This document shows positions 19,210-28,413 of a DNA stretch of 64,000 nucleotides, piece after piece. Each line of letters starts with the position of its first letter. Position 1 is the stretch's first letter. Source of the stretch: Candidatus Marinacidobacterium sp. (GTDB taxonomy: Bacteria; Acidobacteriota; Vicinamibacteria; Marinacidobacterales; Marinacidobacteraceae); contig OZ242011.1 of the NCBI GenBank assembly GCA_965204755.1, positions 3,264,001 through 3,328,000 on the forward strand. Direction: 5' to 3'. A program made the position numbers and the translations under genes. The notes under the pieces were generated by a model, which saw only the letters and a program-made list of their open reading frames with translations, was not told the origin of the DNA and made no database searches.

Positions 19210-19327
19210 GCGAGGCCGGCCCGCGCGGGGAGGGCGCCCCGGCGGGGGATCGAGCCGGGGGATCGAACGGAGACTTCGTACTCTCCGGTCGAGGATGCGG
19301 CGGGCGGGGAGATTCCCCCGCGGGCCG

Positions 19328-21412
19328 TCACCTGCCGATGCGGCGGAGGAGGTCGGCGGCTTCGGCGGCGAAGGGGTCGTTCGGCGGGACGGACTGCAGC
19401 AGGGTGAGCGCCTCCGGGAGGCGCTGCTGCGAAAGGCGGGTGATCGCCATGAAGAACCGGATCCCCTGCTGGTTCGGGTCGAGGGTGTAACTCTGCTCGA
19501 AGGCCCGTTCCGCCGCCGCCGGGTTTCCGTCGAGCACATGGAGGCGGCCGAGGTTCAACTGCTGGGGGGCGTCGTCGGCGAAGAAGTTGCCCCGGATGGC
19601 GTGGCGGCGCTTCGCCGTCTCGAAGAGTTCCCCGGCTTCGCCCGGCAGTTCGCGGACGCCGACATTGAGCAGCGAAATGGCGGCGTTCATCCGCACGACC
19701 CGCTTCTCGTCCCGGATGCGCTCGACCAGGACCTCGCGGATGTCGAGGCCTTCCGCGCTTCCGCCGGTCTCCCCCAGTTTCAGCGCCGCCACCGCCCGCA
19801 CCAGCGGATGGGGATCGGAGGCGGCGCGGACCAGCGCGGCGGCGGCGGCCTCTTTCGTCCCGGCGTCGGCGAGGTAGCGGCCGAGGTGGCCGGAGGCGTT
19901 CGCCCGGTTCAGCGGGCCTTCGGCCTCGTCCGCGGAGATCGCCAGCAGGTCGTCGAGCGCCTGCCGGTCGAGCGCCCGCGCCCCGGTGTAGGCGCTCGCG
20001 CGGCGTGCGATCTTCCGGCGGCGGGGAGTGTCTCCCCACCACTCGTCCATGCGCGCCTCCGCCCACTCCGGAGTCGTCCCGTCGTGGCATTCGTTGCAGG
20101 CGTTCGGGATGCCGTACCTGGCGGTGTTGGCCGGGGAGGGGATGGAGATGCTGTGGTCGCGCATGGTCGCCCGGATGCTCACCACCGAGCGGGGCATGTG
20201 GCACTCCACGCAGGAACTGCCGGCGCTGTCCGCCGCGTGGAAGGTATGGGCGGTCAGGTCTTCGCCGAGGGCCTGGTGGCAGTTCGCGCAGAGCCCGTTG
20301 TTCGTCGGCAGGAGTTGTTCGTTCTGCTCGATGTCCGTGAGGTGGGCCGCCACATGGCAGCCGGTGCAGGTCGCGCCGCCCTCGACGAAACACTCGCTCT
20401 GCCAGATGCCGAGCGAGTTCGTGGAGAACCGGCGGGTCTTGCCGTCGGGATACCAGGTGGGGTCCTCCGACTCCTCCTGCGTGTATTCGAGCAGCGGGAG
20501 GAAGTGGTCGTAGTAGTCGTCGCCGGCGCGGAAACCGAAGTCCATCTGGTCGCGGAAGGAATGGCACTGGGCGCAGACCATCGAGTCCCGCTCCGCGTCC
20601 AGCCGGGTCTGCAGCACGATCCAGGTCTCGGGGTCGTCGCCGTAGCGGTCGAGGTTTTGGTACTTGTCCACATGGCGGCTGCCGGGGCCGTGGCACCGCT
20701 CGCAGGTGATCCCGAAGTCGAGCCAGGTCGTGTCGTAGCGGTCTTCGTCGGCGTGGAAGCCCTTGACCTGGTCGCTCACATGGCAGCCGAAACAGTTCTT
20801 GTTCCAGAGTTGGACCGGGATGATCCCCTGCTGCTGGTCGGGAGCGGCGATCTCCAGGTTGTGGAACCACTCCCGCCGGAGGATGTCCCAACTCGGCGGC
20901 AGCACCACGATGCGCCCGTCGTCGAGCGTCGACAGGTAGTGCTGGATGCGCCGGTTGCCGAGCGTGTAGTCCACGCGGTGCTCCCGGGGTTCGCCGGTGA
21001 AGAAACTCTCCGTGATGAAGTACTCGTTCCCGGCGCGGCGGAGGGCGTAGCGCTCGCCGCGGAGTTCCAGCGCCCCGGCGGAGAAGTCGCCCTGCACGGC
21101 CGTCGGCGTGGCGGGCTGGACCATCTTGGAGTGCCGCGAGGAAATCCAGACCTCGTGCGCCGAGTCGTGGCAAACCGCGCAGGCGGCGTTCCCGACCATC
21201 ATCGCCGGCTGCTCCGCGAGGGGCGGCGGCTGCGCCGGCGCCGGGAGCGCGGCCGGTTCGCTCGCGGTCGGCGAGCCGGCCGCCGGAGCGGGTGGTTGGG
21301 CGGCGAAGACGACGACCGCGGCGGGCAGCGCGGCGGCGAAGAGCGCGGCGAAGACCGGACTGCCGGCGGCGCGGCGGGGGCGCGGCGGCCGGGGCGCCGC
21401 TCCCGGCGTCAT
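19328..21412 (-). CDS. Multiheme cytochrome c (8 CxxCH) with HEAT/TPR C-terminus
   Basis: CAVCH, CFGCH, CERCH, CAQCH, CTGCH, CANCH, CVECH, CNECH; signal peptide; helical repeats at the C-terminus. Confidence 0.88.
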   Translation of the reverse strand: MTPGAAPRPPRPRRAAGSPVFAALFAAALPAAVVVFAAQPPAPAAGSPTASEPAALPAPAQPPPLAEQPAMMVGNAACAVCHDSAHEVWISSRHSKMVQPATPTAVQGDFSAGALELRGERYALRRAGNEYFITESFFTGEPREHRVDYTLGNRRIQHYLSTLDDGRIVVLPPSWDILRREWFHNLEIAAPDQQQGIIPVQLWNKNCFGCHVSDQVKGFHADEDRYDTTWLDFGITCERCHGPGSRHVDKYQNLDRYGDDPETWIVLQTRLDAERDSMVCAQCHSFRDQMDFGFRAGDDYYDHFLPLLEYTQEESEDPTWYPDGKTRRFSTNSLGIWQSECFVEGGATCTGCHVAAHLTDIEQNEQLLPTNNGLCANCHQALGEDLTAHTFHAADSAGSSCVECHMPRSVVSIRATMRDHSISIPSPANTARYGIPNACNECHDGTTPEWAEARMDEWWGDTPRRRKIARRASAYTGARALDRQALDDLLAISADEAEGPLNRANASGHLGRYLADAGTKEAAAAALVRAASDPHPLVRAVAALKLGETGGSAEGLDIREVLVERIRDEKRVVRMNAAISLLNVGVRELPGEAGELFETAKRRHAIRGNFFADDAPQQLNLGRLHVLDGNPAAAERAFEQSYTLDPNQQGIRFFMAITRLSQQRLPEALTLLQSVPPNDPFAAEAADLLRRIGR

Positions 21413-23133
21413 TCCGGTTCCTCCGGGGTCTCCCCCGCGTCCTCCCGCACCGGCAGCACCTGACGGGGCGCCGGGTTCCGGAGGCGGGTCTCGGCGCCGG
21501 AGGGCCACGCCACCAGGGCCTCCCGCGCCCGCCCGGCGGGGCCGAGGCCGAACACCACTTCGAGTTGGCTCTGCGAGGCGTAGCCGGAGGCGTTCTTGAC
21601 GATCCGGGTCTCCGCGCGCTCCACGCCGTTCTCCTCGATGGTGAGGGTGATCTTGGCGCCGATTCCGTCCCGATTCGAATCCGATCCCCGGAGGCGGAAC
21701 CCGACCCAACCGTTCCGCTCCCCGCCGTCGTTGCGGAAGAGGCGCCCGGGCCCGCCGTTCTCGCTCACCGCCAGGTCGAGGTCGCCGTCCCCGTCGATGT
21801 CGGCGAAGGCCGCCCCCCGGGCGACCATGGGGATCGCCAGGTCGGGCGAGGCGGCGGTCCGTTCCTCGAACCGCCCGCCGCCCAGGTTCCGGAACAGGTG
21901 CGGCGGCTGCCGGTACCGGACGCGCTGCTGCACTGCCGCGATGTCGTTCTCCACATGGCCGTTGGCGATGAACACATCCTGGCGGCCGTCGAGATCGTAG
22001 TCGAAGAAGAACGCCGCGAACGCCAGGGTGAGGAGGCTGGTTCGGCCGATCTCGGAAACCGGCGCCTGGTCGATGAAGAAGCCGAGTCCCTCGTTGTGGT
22101 AGAGCGAGACCATCTCGTTCGAGAAGTTGCCGATCACCAGGTCCGGCAGCCCGTCGCCGTCGTAGTCGGAAGCGTCGATGCCCATCGCCCCCCGCGCGGC
22201 GCCGTTCTCGGCGAAGGCGATCCCGGCGAGCATCCCGGAGTCCTCGAATCGCGCGCCGCCGAGATTCCGGTAGAGGTAGTTCGGCTGGGTGTCGTTGGCG
22301 ACGGCGATGTCCGGGAGCCCGTCGTCGTCGTAGTCGAAGACCGCCGCGCCGAGCCCCTTGCCGCGCGGCTCGTGGAGACCGGCGGCCTCGGTGATGTCCG
22401 TGAACCCCGACGCGCCGTCGTTGCGGTAGAGCGCGGCGCTCGCGCCGCGGTAGGACTCCGGCGTGCAGTAACTCTTGTTCTTCCCGTCCAGCGCGCAGAA
22501 GATGTCCTTCTCGATGCTCCATTCCACATAGTTCAGAACGAAGAGGTCGAGGTCGCCGTCCCGATCCGCGTCGAACCACACCGCGCCGGAGGAGAATCCT
22601 TCGTGGGCTACGGCATCCGATTCCGGGGCGGGCCGGAACCGTCCGCTGCCGTCGTTCGCGAGCAGCCGGTTCGGGCCGAGCGCCGCCAGGTAGAGGTCCT
22701 GGTCGCCGTCGCCGTCGTAGTCGGCCGCGGCCGCGCCGAGCCCGTAGAGCGGTTCGTCCAGACCGGAACCGGCGGTGGCGTCTTCGAAGGTCCCGTCCCC
22801 CCGGTTGCGGTAGAACGCGGCGGTCGCGGGTTCTCCTTCCCGGCGTCCCGGCCACCGCCGCCCGTTGACGAACAGCAGGTCCTGGTCGTTGTCCCCGTCC
22901 GCGTCGAAGAACACCACGCCGCTCCCCATGGTCTCCGGCAGGTACTTCTCCCCGAAGGCCCCGTTCTCATGGACGAACGAAATCCCGGCTTCGCCGGTGA
23001 CTTCGACGAACCGAGGCTCTTCCGCTGCCCCTGCGGCCGCTGCCAGCGCGAGCGATCCGGCGGCGGCGCCCGCCGCGAAGCGATTCCTGCCTTTCCGCGC
23101 CAGGTGGACGCGAAGGGCATCTCCCGGGCTCAC
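21409..23133 (-). CDS. CRTAC1-family protein (FG-GAP repeats + ASPIC/UnbV domain)
   Basis: YLPETMGSG, repeated DxDxDGDxDL motifs, SNRDGIGA, SGYASQSQLEVVFGLG; GTG start overlaps the MTase stop (uncertain). Confidence 0.88.
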   Translation of the reverse strand: MSPGDALRVHLARKGRNRFAAGAAAGSLALAAAAGAAEEPRFVEVTGEAGISFVHENGAFGEKYLPETMGSGVVFFDADGDNDQDLLFVNGRRWPGRREGEPATAAFYRNRGDGTFEDATAGSGLDEPLYGLGAAAADYDGDGDQDLYLAALGPNRLLANDGSGRFRPAPESDAVAHEGFSSGAVWFDADRDGDLDLFVLNYVEWSIEKDIFCALDGKNKSYCTPESYRGASAALYRNDGASGFTDITEAAGLHEPRGKGLGAAVFDYDDDGLPDIAVANDTQPNYLYRNLGGARFEDSGMLAGIAFAENGAARGAMGIDASDYDGDGLPDLVIGNFSNEMVSLYHNEGLGFFIDQAPVSEIGRTSLLTLAFAAFFFDYDLDGRQDVFIANGHVENDIAAVQQRVRYRQPPHLFRNLGGGRFEERTAASPDLAIPMVARGAAFADIDGDGDLDLAVSENGGPGRLFRNDGGERNGWVGFRLRGSDSNRDGIGAKITLTIEENGVERAETRIVKNASGYASQSQLEVVFGLGPAGRAREALVAWPSGAETRLRNPAPRQVLPVREDAGETPEEPE

Positions 23134-24770
23134 GACTCCGAGAACAGGCCGCGGGCCGGCCGCGGCGCGGGGGGCGCGAGTCCCGCCGAAGCAGCCGCCG
23201 CGGCGGGAATCGGCAAACGCTCCAGTGACCGCGGCTCGACCTTGATCGCACCCGAGCCGTACGACTTTCCGACGCGGGCGAGGTTCGCGACGGCCTCCGG
23301 GTGCTGGAGGACACGGAAGAGGCCATCGACCGACGCGTTGTCGGTGTGGTGGGGATACACGCAAGAGAAGTTGCTGAGCGGAATGGCGCCGGCGCGGTTG
23401 CGGATGAATCGCGCGTTGCGCCGCCCCAGATAGGCGAACAGCAACGGCGGAGGATCGCGCTTCTCCATCTTGTACCAAGGCCGCCTCGTGGAAATGAGGC
23501 TCCGTTGCGGAATCCCTTCGGCTTCACCGGCAGCGAGGTACCGGCGGACGGCAGAAGGAAAGCGCCGCGCCTCCCGTCCGTCGGGCGTGAAGAGCAGGGT
23601 CGGCCGTCCTCGTTCGTCGAGCGCGTCCAGAGTCCCGGTCGTGATGTGGTCGTCAGGGGCGTCCCGTGTCCGGCCGATGGCCGGCGCGAGGAACGCTTCC
23701 GGGATTCCGAGATCGCGCGCCCGCTGTGTCGTCAGGAAGAAGAACGCATTGGCGCCGGTGGCGATCCCCCGCATGACTCGGGCGAAGTCACCGAGGCGCA
23801 TCTCGCCGTCCTTGCCGTCGGTCGGTGGTCGCGACAGACCGGTCTCGACCGCCTCGGACACCGCGCGCCGCCGAATGTCGAGAACTCGGGGGTCGGACTC
23901 CGTGAACCCCGACGAGGTCCACCGGCGCAGCGTGTCCGTCTCCGGTTGCCGGCATCTCGCCCACTGGATTTCCCCGTTCGGTGCGGCGTTCTCGATGAGG
24001 AAGACGATCGGGTTCGTGTCCACCTGAGGAAACGGTGTCGCCTCGGGCGCGAAGGTGATGACGGCATCCAAGCGGAACTGTGCGGCGATCCAGCGCCAGA
24101 GGATCGGGGCGAAGACGCCTTCGCAGGTGTCGGCCGGCATGATGAACGCGAGGCGCCCCCCCTCGCGCAGGCGCTCCAGGGCGCGGAGGAGGAAGAAGAT
24201 GTGGAGCCCCGCGCGGCCGTCGAGCGGCCGGCCGATCGTTCCGCCGGCGATGGCGCGGAGTACCGATTTGACCGATCGGTCCAAGCGGTGATGGCGGATG
24301 TACGGGGGATTGGCGACGATCGCGCCGAACGGCCCTTTTGGGGGCGACAACACGAAGTCGCGGATTTCGACTCCGCGCAGATCGTCCGGCCGAAGGCCGC
24401 TTGTCCGGGCCTCCCGCAACGCGTCCGGATCGATTTCGGCGCCGGAGAGGGCGAGACGGCGCCCGGTTCGCCGTTCCTGCCGTTTTGCCGCGCGAAAGAA
24501 CGCTCCCGCGCCGACCGCCGGATCGAAGAGTTCGCCCCCGTTCTCCCCCGCAGCGTAAGCGACCATGGCGTCGGCGACCCAGTCGGGAGTCCAGAACTGC
24601 CCTTTCTGGCGCAGTCGCTCCCGCTCCGGGCCGGCGGAGGGAATGCCGGCGGTCGCCGTCAGACGGGAGAAGAATCGCGGCGGTGGCGGCGGCGATCCAT
24701 GCGAGACGGACACGGCTGTCGACCGATTCGAAACGATACAGGAGGCGGAGTCGAGTCGGTGATCTCGCAT
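23130..24770 (-). CDS. N6-adenine DNA methyltransferase, gamma class, orphan
   Basis: GQFWTP, DPAVGAGAF (motif I), ANPPY (motif IV), RGIATGANAFF; start uncertain. Confidence 0.9.
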   Translation of the reverse strand: MRDHRLDSASCIVSNRSTAVSVSHGSPPPPPRFFSRLTATAGIPSAGPERERLRQKGQFWTPDWVADAMVAYAAGENGGELFDPAVGAGAFFRAAKRQERRTGRRLALSGAEIDPDALREARTSGLRPDDLRGVEIRDFVLSPPKGPFGAIVANPPYIRHHRLDRSVKSVLRAIAGGTIGRPLDGRAGLHIFFLLRALERLREGGRLAFIMPADTCEGVFAPILWRWIAAQFRLDAVITFAPEATPFPQVDTNPIVFLIENAAPNGEIQWARCRQPETDTLRRWTSSGFTESDPRVLDIRRRAVSEAVETGLSRPPTDGKDGEMRLGDFARVMRGIATGANAFFFLTTQRARDLGIPEAFLAPAIGRTRDAPDDHITTGTLDALDERGRPTLLFTPDGREARRFPSAVRRYLAAGEAEGIPQRSLISTRRPWYKMEKRDPPPLLFAYLGRRNARFIRNRAGAIPLSNFSCVYPHHTDNASVDGLFRVLQHPEAVANLARVGKSYGSGAIKVEPRSLERLPIPAAAAASAGLAPPAPRPARGLFSES

Positions 24771-24817
24771 CCAACGGCGTTCCGTCGAGGAGTGGCGCGG
24801 GCGGGTCTTCGTTCTCG

Positions 24818-27595
24818 TTACTCCGCCGGGTCGGGGAGGGCGTTCCCGTGTTCGTGGATGGGGAGGCGTTCGTTGTTGTCTTCGGGGTGGGCGCGGCGGT
24901 AGTCGCCGGTCAGGAAGTCGGCGGACTCGTCGGCCTTGAAGCGGAGGTACAACTCGCGGTGGCGGGCGGCGCGCTCCCGGTCGCCGAGGCCCTGGGAGGA
25001 GAGCATCAGGTTGTAGTGGGCTTCGAGGTCCTCCGGATCGATGCGGAGGGTGCGCTCGAAGATCTCCACGGCGCGGGCGAAGTCGCGGCGGAGGAAGTGG
25101 AGGCGGCCCAACTGGTTGTTGGCGACCCGGTCGCGCGGGAAGCGGGCGAGCACCGCCCTCAGGTGCTCCTCCGCCTCGTCGTATCGCCCGAGCGCCTTCA
25201 GCGCCATCGCGGCGAAGAACCGCGCCCGGGGCAGGGACGGGTCGAGGGCGAAGGCGTCTTCGAGAGCCGCGAGCGCGCCCTCGGGGTCACCCTCCTGGAT
25301 GCGGACGCGCCCGAGGTTCACGAAGGCGTCGGCGTACTCCGGAGCGCGGCGGGCGACTTCGGCGAAGGCGGCCTCGGCGGCGCGGAGGTCTCCGGCGAGC
25401 AGCAGGCCGATCCCGTAGTCGTTGAACCGCAGCGCCTCGGCGAGCCCGCCGGGGCCGCCGGCGGGAGGCGAATCGGGGGGCGAAGCCGACTCCGCTTCGC
25501 CGTCCTCCGTCGGCAGCGTCACGCGGGCCGAGGCCATCTCGACGGGCGGCAGGACCGGAGCGGAGACGGTTTCGTCCAGCCGCCAGTCCCGGTCGTCGTA
25601 GCCCGGCGCCACCGTGTCCGCCGCCGGGGCGTCGGCGCGGCCCCGGAAGACCCACTGGGTGTGCCACCACCGGAACTTCCGGTAGTGGAGCCGGGCGGTG
25701 AGCGTCACCGGGCCGCGGACGCCTTCGGGTACCCGCACCCGGTAACGCACGGTGTGGGCGGCGCCGGGGGGGATCTGCGAGACATAGAGGGCGGTGCGGG
25801 CGGCCCAGGCGTTCCGCTTGTCGATCGGGTTGCCGCGGGCGTCCAGCATCAGCGAGCGGAAGAAGTGCGCGGAGGGTTCGACCGGCCCGTCTCCCGGGTC
25901 ATCGGGCGGCGGCCCGGAGGCGCCCGCGGCGGGCTCGGTGAAGCCGCTCCGGAAGAACGGCCGGCCGTCCCGGTCGTCGGCGCGGAACTCCAGCCAGACA
26001 TCGTGGGCGTCCACCGTGCCGCTCGGGAAGAAGTGGCCCACATTCCGGGTGCGGACGACCACATCCACCCGCACGGTCTCGCCGGGGCGCAGCGCGGCGC
26101 CGGCCTCGTCGAGCGGGGCGGTCAGCGTCCCGGGCGCTCCCGCCGGTCGGTAGCGCGCCGGGGCGGCGGAAGCCTCCTCCCCCACCGCGAAAGTCGAGGC
26201 CAGCGCCAGCGGGTCCGCGCTCGGCTCGACGGCCGCTTCGATCGGGCCCTCGTCGTTCCTGGTGAGCGCGAAGATGTCCACCGTCACCTGGCCGGCGCGG
26301 AGGAAGTCCCGAACCGCTTCGAGTTGCCGGTCGAGGCCGAAGTGGGTCGGCAGCGCGGTGTTCGCGGCGGCGAACCGGTGGGAGCGGACGAGTCCGTCCG
26401 GCGCCGCCGGGTCCTCGCCGGCGACGGCGGGCATGTGGCAGTCGGCGCAGGTGCGGGGCTCTTCCGGGTAGTAGAAGGAGCGCGCGCCCTCGCCGGAGAC
26501 GCCGCTCGCCTGCCAGTTGTCGTAACTGTTGAAGCCGCGCAGCCACCGGTAGGAGTTCACCGGCTCGTCGAGATGCACCTTGTGGCAGGTGGAGCAGAAC
26601 GCGGAACTGTCGCCGGTGTGGAGCGGCTTCAGAAAAGCGCGGCGGTGCGGTTCCGGGTCGAGGTGGAGGACGAGGTCGTGGAGCGTCCGGAGCAACGGGT
26701 CGGCGGAGGCCGCGAGGTCGTGCATCTCCGGGTACTCGATGACGAATCCGGCGTTCCCGGAGGTGTCCTTCACGCGGGTGACCGCGTGGCAGGAGACGCA
26801 GGCCAGACCGGCGCTCGCCGCCGGGAGGTCGACGATTTCGGCGAGCGGGCGATCCATCAACCCGGAGAAGAGGACGGCGTGGTCGTGGCAGCCGGCGCAC
26901 CACTTGGACGGCGTCACGCCGACCACGCTCTGCATGTATTCGATGGATCGCCGGTACCAAGGGTTGTTGAACGAGGCGAACCGGTGGGCGGACTCGGCCC
27001 ACTGTTCGGTGATGTCGGCGTGGCAGCGGCCGCAGGTCTCGCTCTCCAGGAAGAAGTCCTCGGGGATCAGTCCGCCGTGGGCGGTCTCGGCGGCGCTCGG
27101 GAAGAACGGGCCGTCCGCTCCGCCCATCGCTTCCCCGGACATCGCCGCCGGCGGGAGACCGGCGTTCAGCACCGGCCCCGGGGAGGGCAGGTAGTCCCGG
27201 AGGAGGCCGCCGACGGGGATCGAGACCGCGACCAGCAGCGGGGCGAGCAGGATGCGCCGACGGGCGAGGAGCGCGGCGAGTCCGGCGGCGGCGGCGAGGT
27301 GCGCCCACAGGAGCGGGCGGGTCGTCGGAGTGGCGCCGAGGACGAGAAGACTCAGGCCGGTGGCGAGGAGAACGCCGCCGGACAGGAAGAAGAGCGGGCG
27401 GAGCGGGTCGGCGCGGAGCGCCGGGCCCACCGTCCGCCGGGCCCAGATCGCGAGTTTCAGCGCGCCGATCCCCAGCAGCGGGTGCAGCAGGATCTGCGCG
27501 GCGTGGAAGAGGCTCGCCTCTTCCGCCGCCAGCAGGTAGCCGGAGTTCAGCGCGGCGAGCCCCCCGGCGACGAACAGGGCTCGGCTGCGAGTCAT
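24818..27595 (-). CDS. Membrane-anchored multiheme cytochrome c (5 CxxCH) with C-terminal TPRs
   Basis: N-terminal TMs; CGRCH, CAGCH, CVSCH, CSTCH, CADCH; GHFFPSG; TPR helices. Confidence 0.88.
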   Translation of the reverse strand: MTRSRALFVAGGLAALNSGYLLAAEEASLFHAAQILLHPLLGIGALKLAIWARRTVGPALRADPLRPLFFLSGGVLLATGLSLLVLGATPTTRPLLWAHLAAAAGLAALLARRRILLAPLLVAVSIPVGGLLRDYLPSPGPVLNAGLPPAAMSGEAMGGADGPFFPSAAETAHGGLIPEDFFLESETCGRCHADITEQWAESAHRFASFNNPWYRRSIEYMQSVVGVTPSKWCAGCHDHAVLFSGLMDRPLAEIVDLPAASAGLACVSCHAVTRVKDTSGNAGFVIEYPEMHDLAASADPLLRTLHDLVLHLDPEPHRRAFLKPLHTGDSSAFCSTCHKVHLDEPVNSYRWLRGFNSYDNWQASGVSGEGARSFYYPEEPRTCADCHMPAVAGEDPAAPDGLVRSHRFAAANTALPTHFGLDRQLEAVRDFLRAGQVTVDIFALTRNDEGPIEAAVEPSADPLALASTFAVGEEASAAPARYRPAGAPGTLTAPLDEAGAALRPGETVRVDVVVRTRNVGHFFPSGTVDAHDVWLEFRADDRDGRPFFRSGFTEPAAGASGPPPDDPGDGPVEPSAHFFRSLMLDARGNPIDKRNAWAARTALYVSQIPPGAAHTVRYRVRVPEGVRGPVTLTARLHYRKFRWWHTQWVFRGRADAPAADTVAPGYDDRDWRLDETVSAPVLPPVEMASARVTLPTEDGEAESASPPDSPPAGGPGGLAEALRFNDYGIGLLLAGDLRAAEAAFAEVARRAPEYADAFVNLGRVRIQEGDPEGALAALEDAFALDPSLPRARFFAAMALKALGRYDEAEEHLRAVLARFPRDRVANNQLGRLHFLRRDFARAVEIFERTLRIDPEDLEAHYNLMLSSQGLGDRERAARHRELYLRFKADESADFLTGDYRRAHPEDNNERLPIHEHGNALPDPAE

Positions 27596-28413
27596 CGGTC
27601 GGCTGCGGGGCCTCTTCCGCGGTCGTCCGGGCCGCCGCCGCGCCGGGCGGGGCCGGCCTCGCCGCGCGGATCGCCCTCGCCGAGGCGAGGCGGCTGGCCG
27701 TCGGCGTCGGCGTCCGAGGCGAAGTCGAGGTTCGCGCCGGCGGTTTCGACGCCCGCTTCGCGGAGCGCTCGTCGGGCGGTCCGGGTGATGAGCACCGTGG
27801 CCGCCACGAACGCGGCGAGTCCGGCGAGGCGGAGCGCCAGTTCCGCGGTCTCGGTTTCGCCGGACACCGCGGCGCTCGCGCTCGCGCCGATCGTGATGTA
27901 GAGCAGCGTTCCCGGCAGGATCCCGACCGCTGACGCGAGGAGGTAGCCGGGGAAGGGCGCGCCGGTGATGCCGTAGGCGTAGTTCAGCACCGTGAACGGG
28001 AAGACCGGGGTGAGCCGCGTGAGGAACACGATCTTCCAGCCCTCCTTGGCCACGGCGCGGTCCACCGCGGCGAACGAGGGCTTCGTGGCGAGCCACTTCG
28101 AGACCGCGTCCCGCGCGAAGCGGCGGGCGACGAGGAACGAGAGCGCGAGACCGGCGGTGGCGCCGATCCAGACGGAGAGCAATCCGGCGGCGACCCCGAA
28201 CGCCCCGCCCGCGAGCAGGGTGAGCGCGGAACCGGGGACGGCGAAGACGGTGGCGACGGCGTAGATGCCGGCGAAGACCGCGATGCCGAGCGGGCCGAGG
28301 CTCCGCGTCCACTCCGCCGCGGCGGTGACGCCGGCGCCGATCTCGTCGCCGAAGAACACCAGCGCGGCGACGACCGGCGCGAGGATCGCGCCGATGCGGA
28401 GCGCGCGGCTCAT
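27592..28413 (-). CDS. TVP38/TMEM64 (DedA/SNARE-associated) membrane protein
   Basis: PGSALTLLAG, LTRLTPVFPFTVLNYAYG, GILPGT. Confidence 0.9.
   Translation of the reverse strand: MSRALRIGAILAPVVAALVFFGDEIGAGVTAAAEWTRSLGPLGIAVFAGIYAVATVFAVPGSALTLLAGGAFGVAAGLLSVWIGATAGLALSFLVARRFARDAVSKWLATKPSFAAVDRAVAKEGWKIVFLTRLTPVFPFTVLNYAYGITGAPFPGYLLASAVGILPGTLLYITIGASASAAVSGETETAELALRLAGLAAFVAATVLITRTARRALREAGVETAGANLDFASDADADGQPPRLGEGDPRGEAGPARRGGGPDDRGRGPAADR

Noticed and set aside
24338-27901. Very long antisense or alternate-frame ORFs (also 4787-6901, 6844-9444, 55323-58493, 60574-63894)
   Set aside because: Shadow ORFs expected in high-GC DNA opposite well-supported genes; no motifs of their own.
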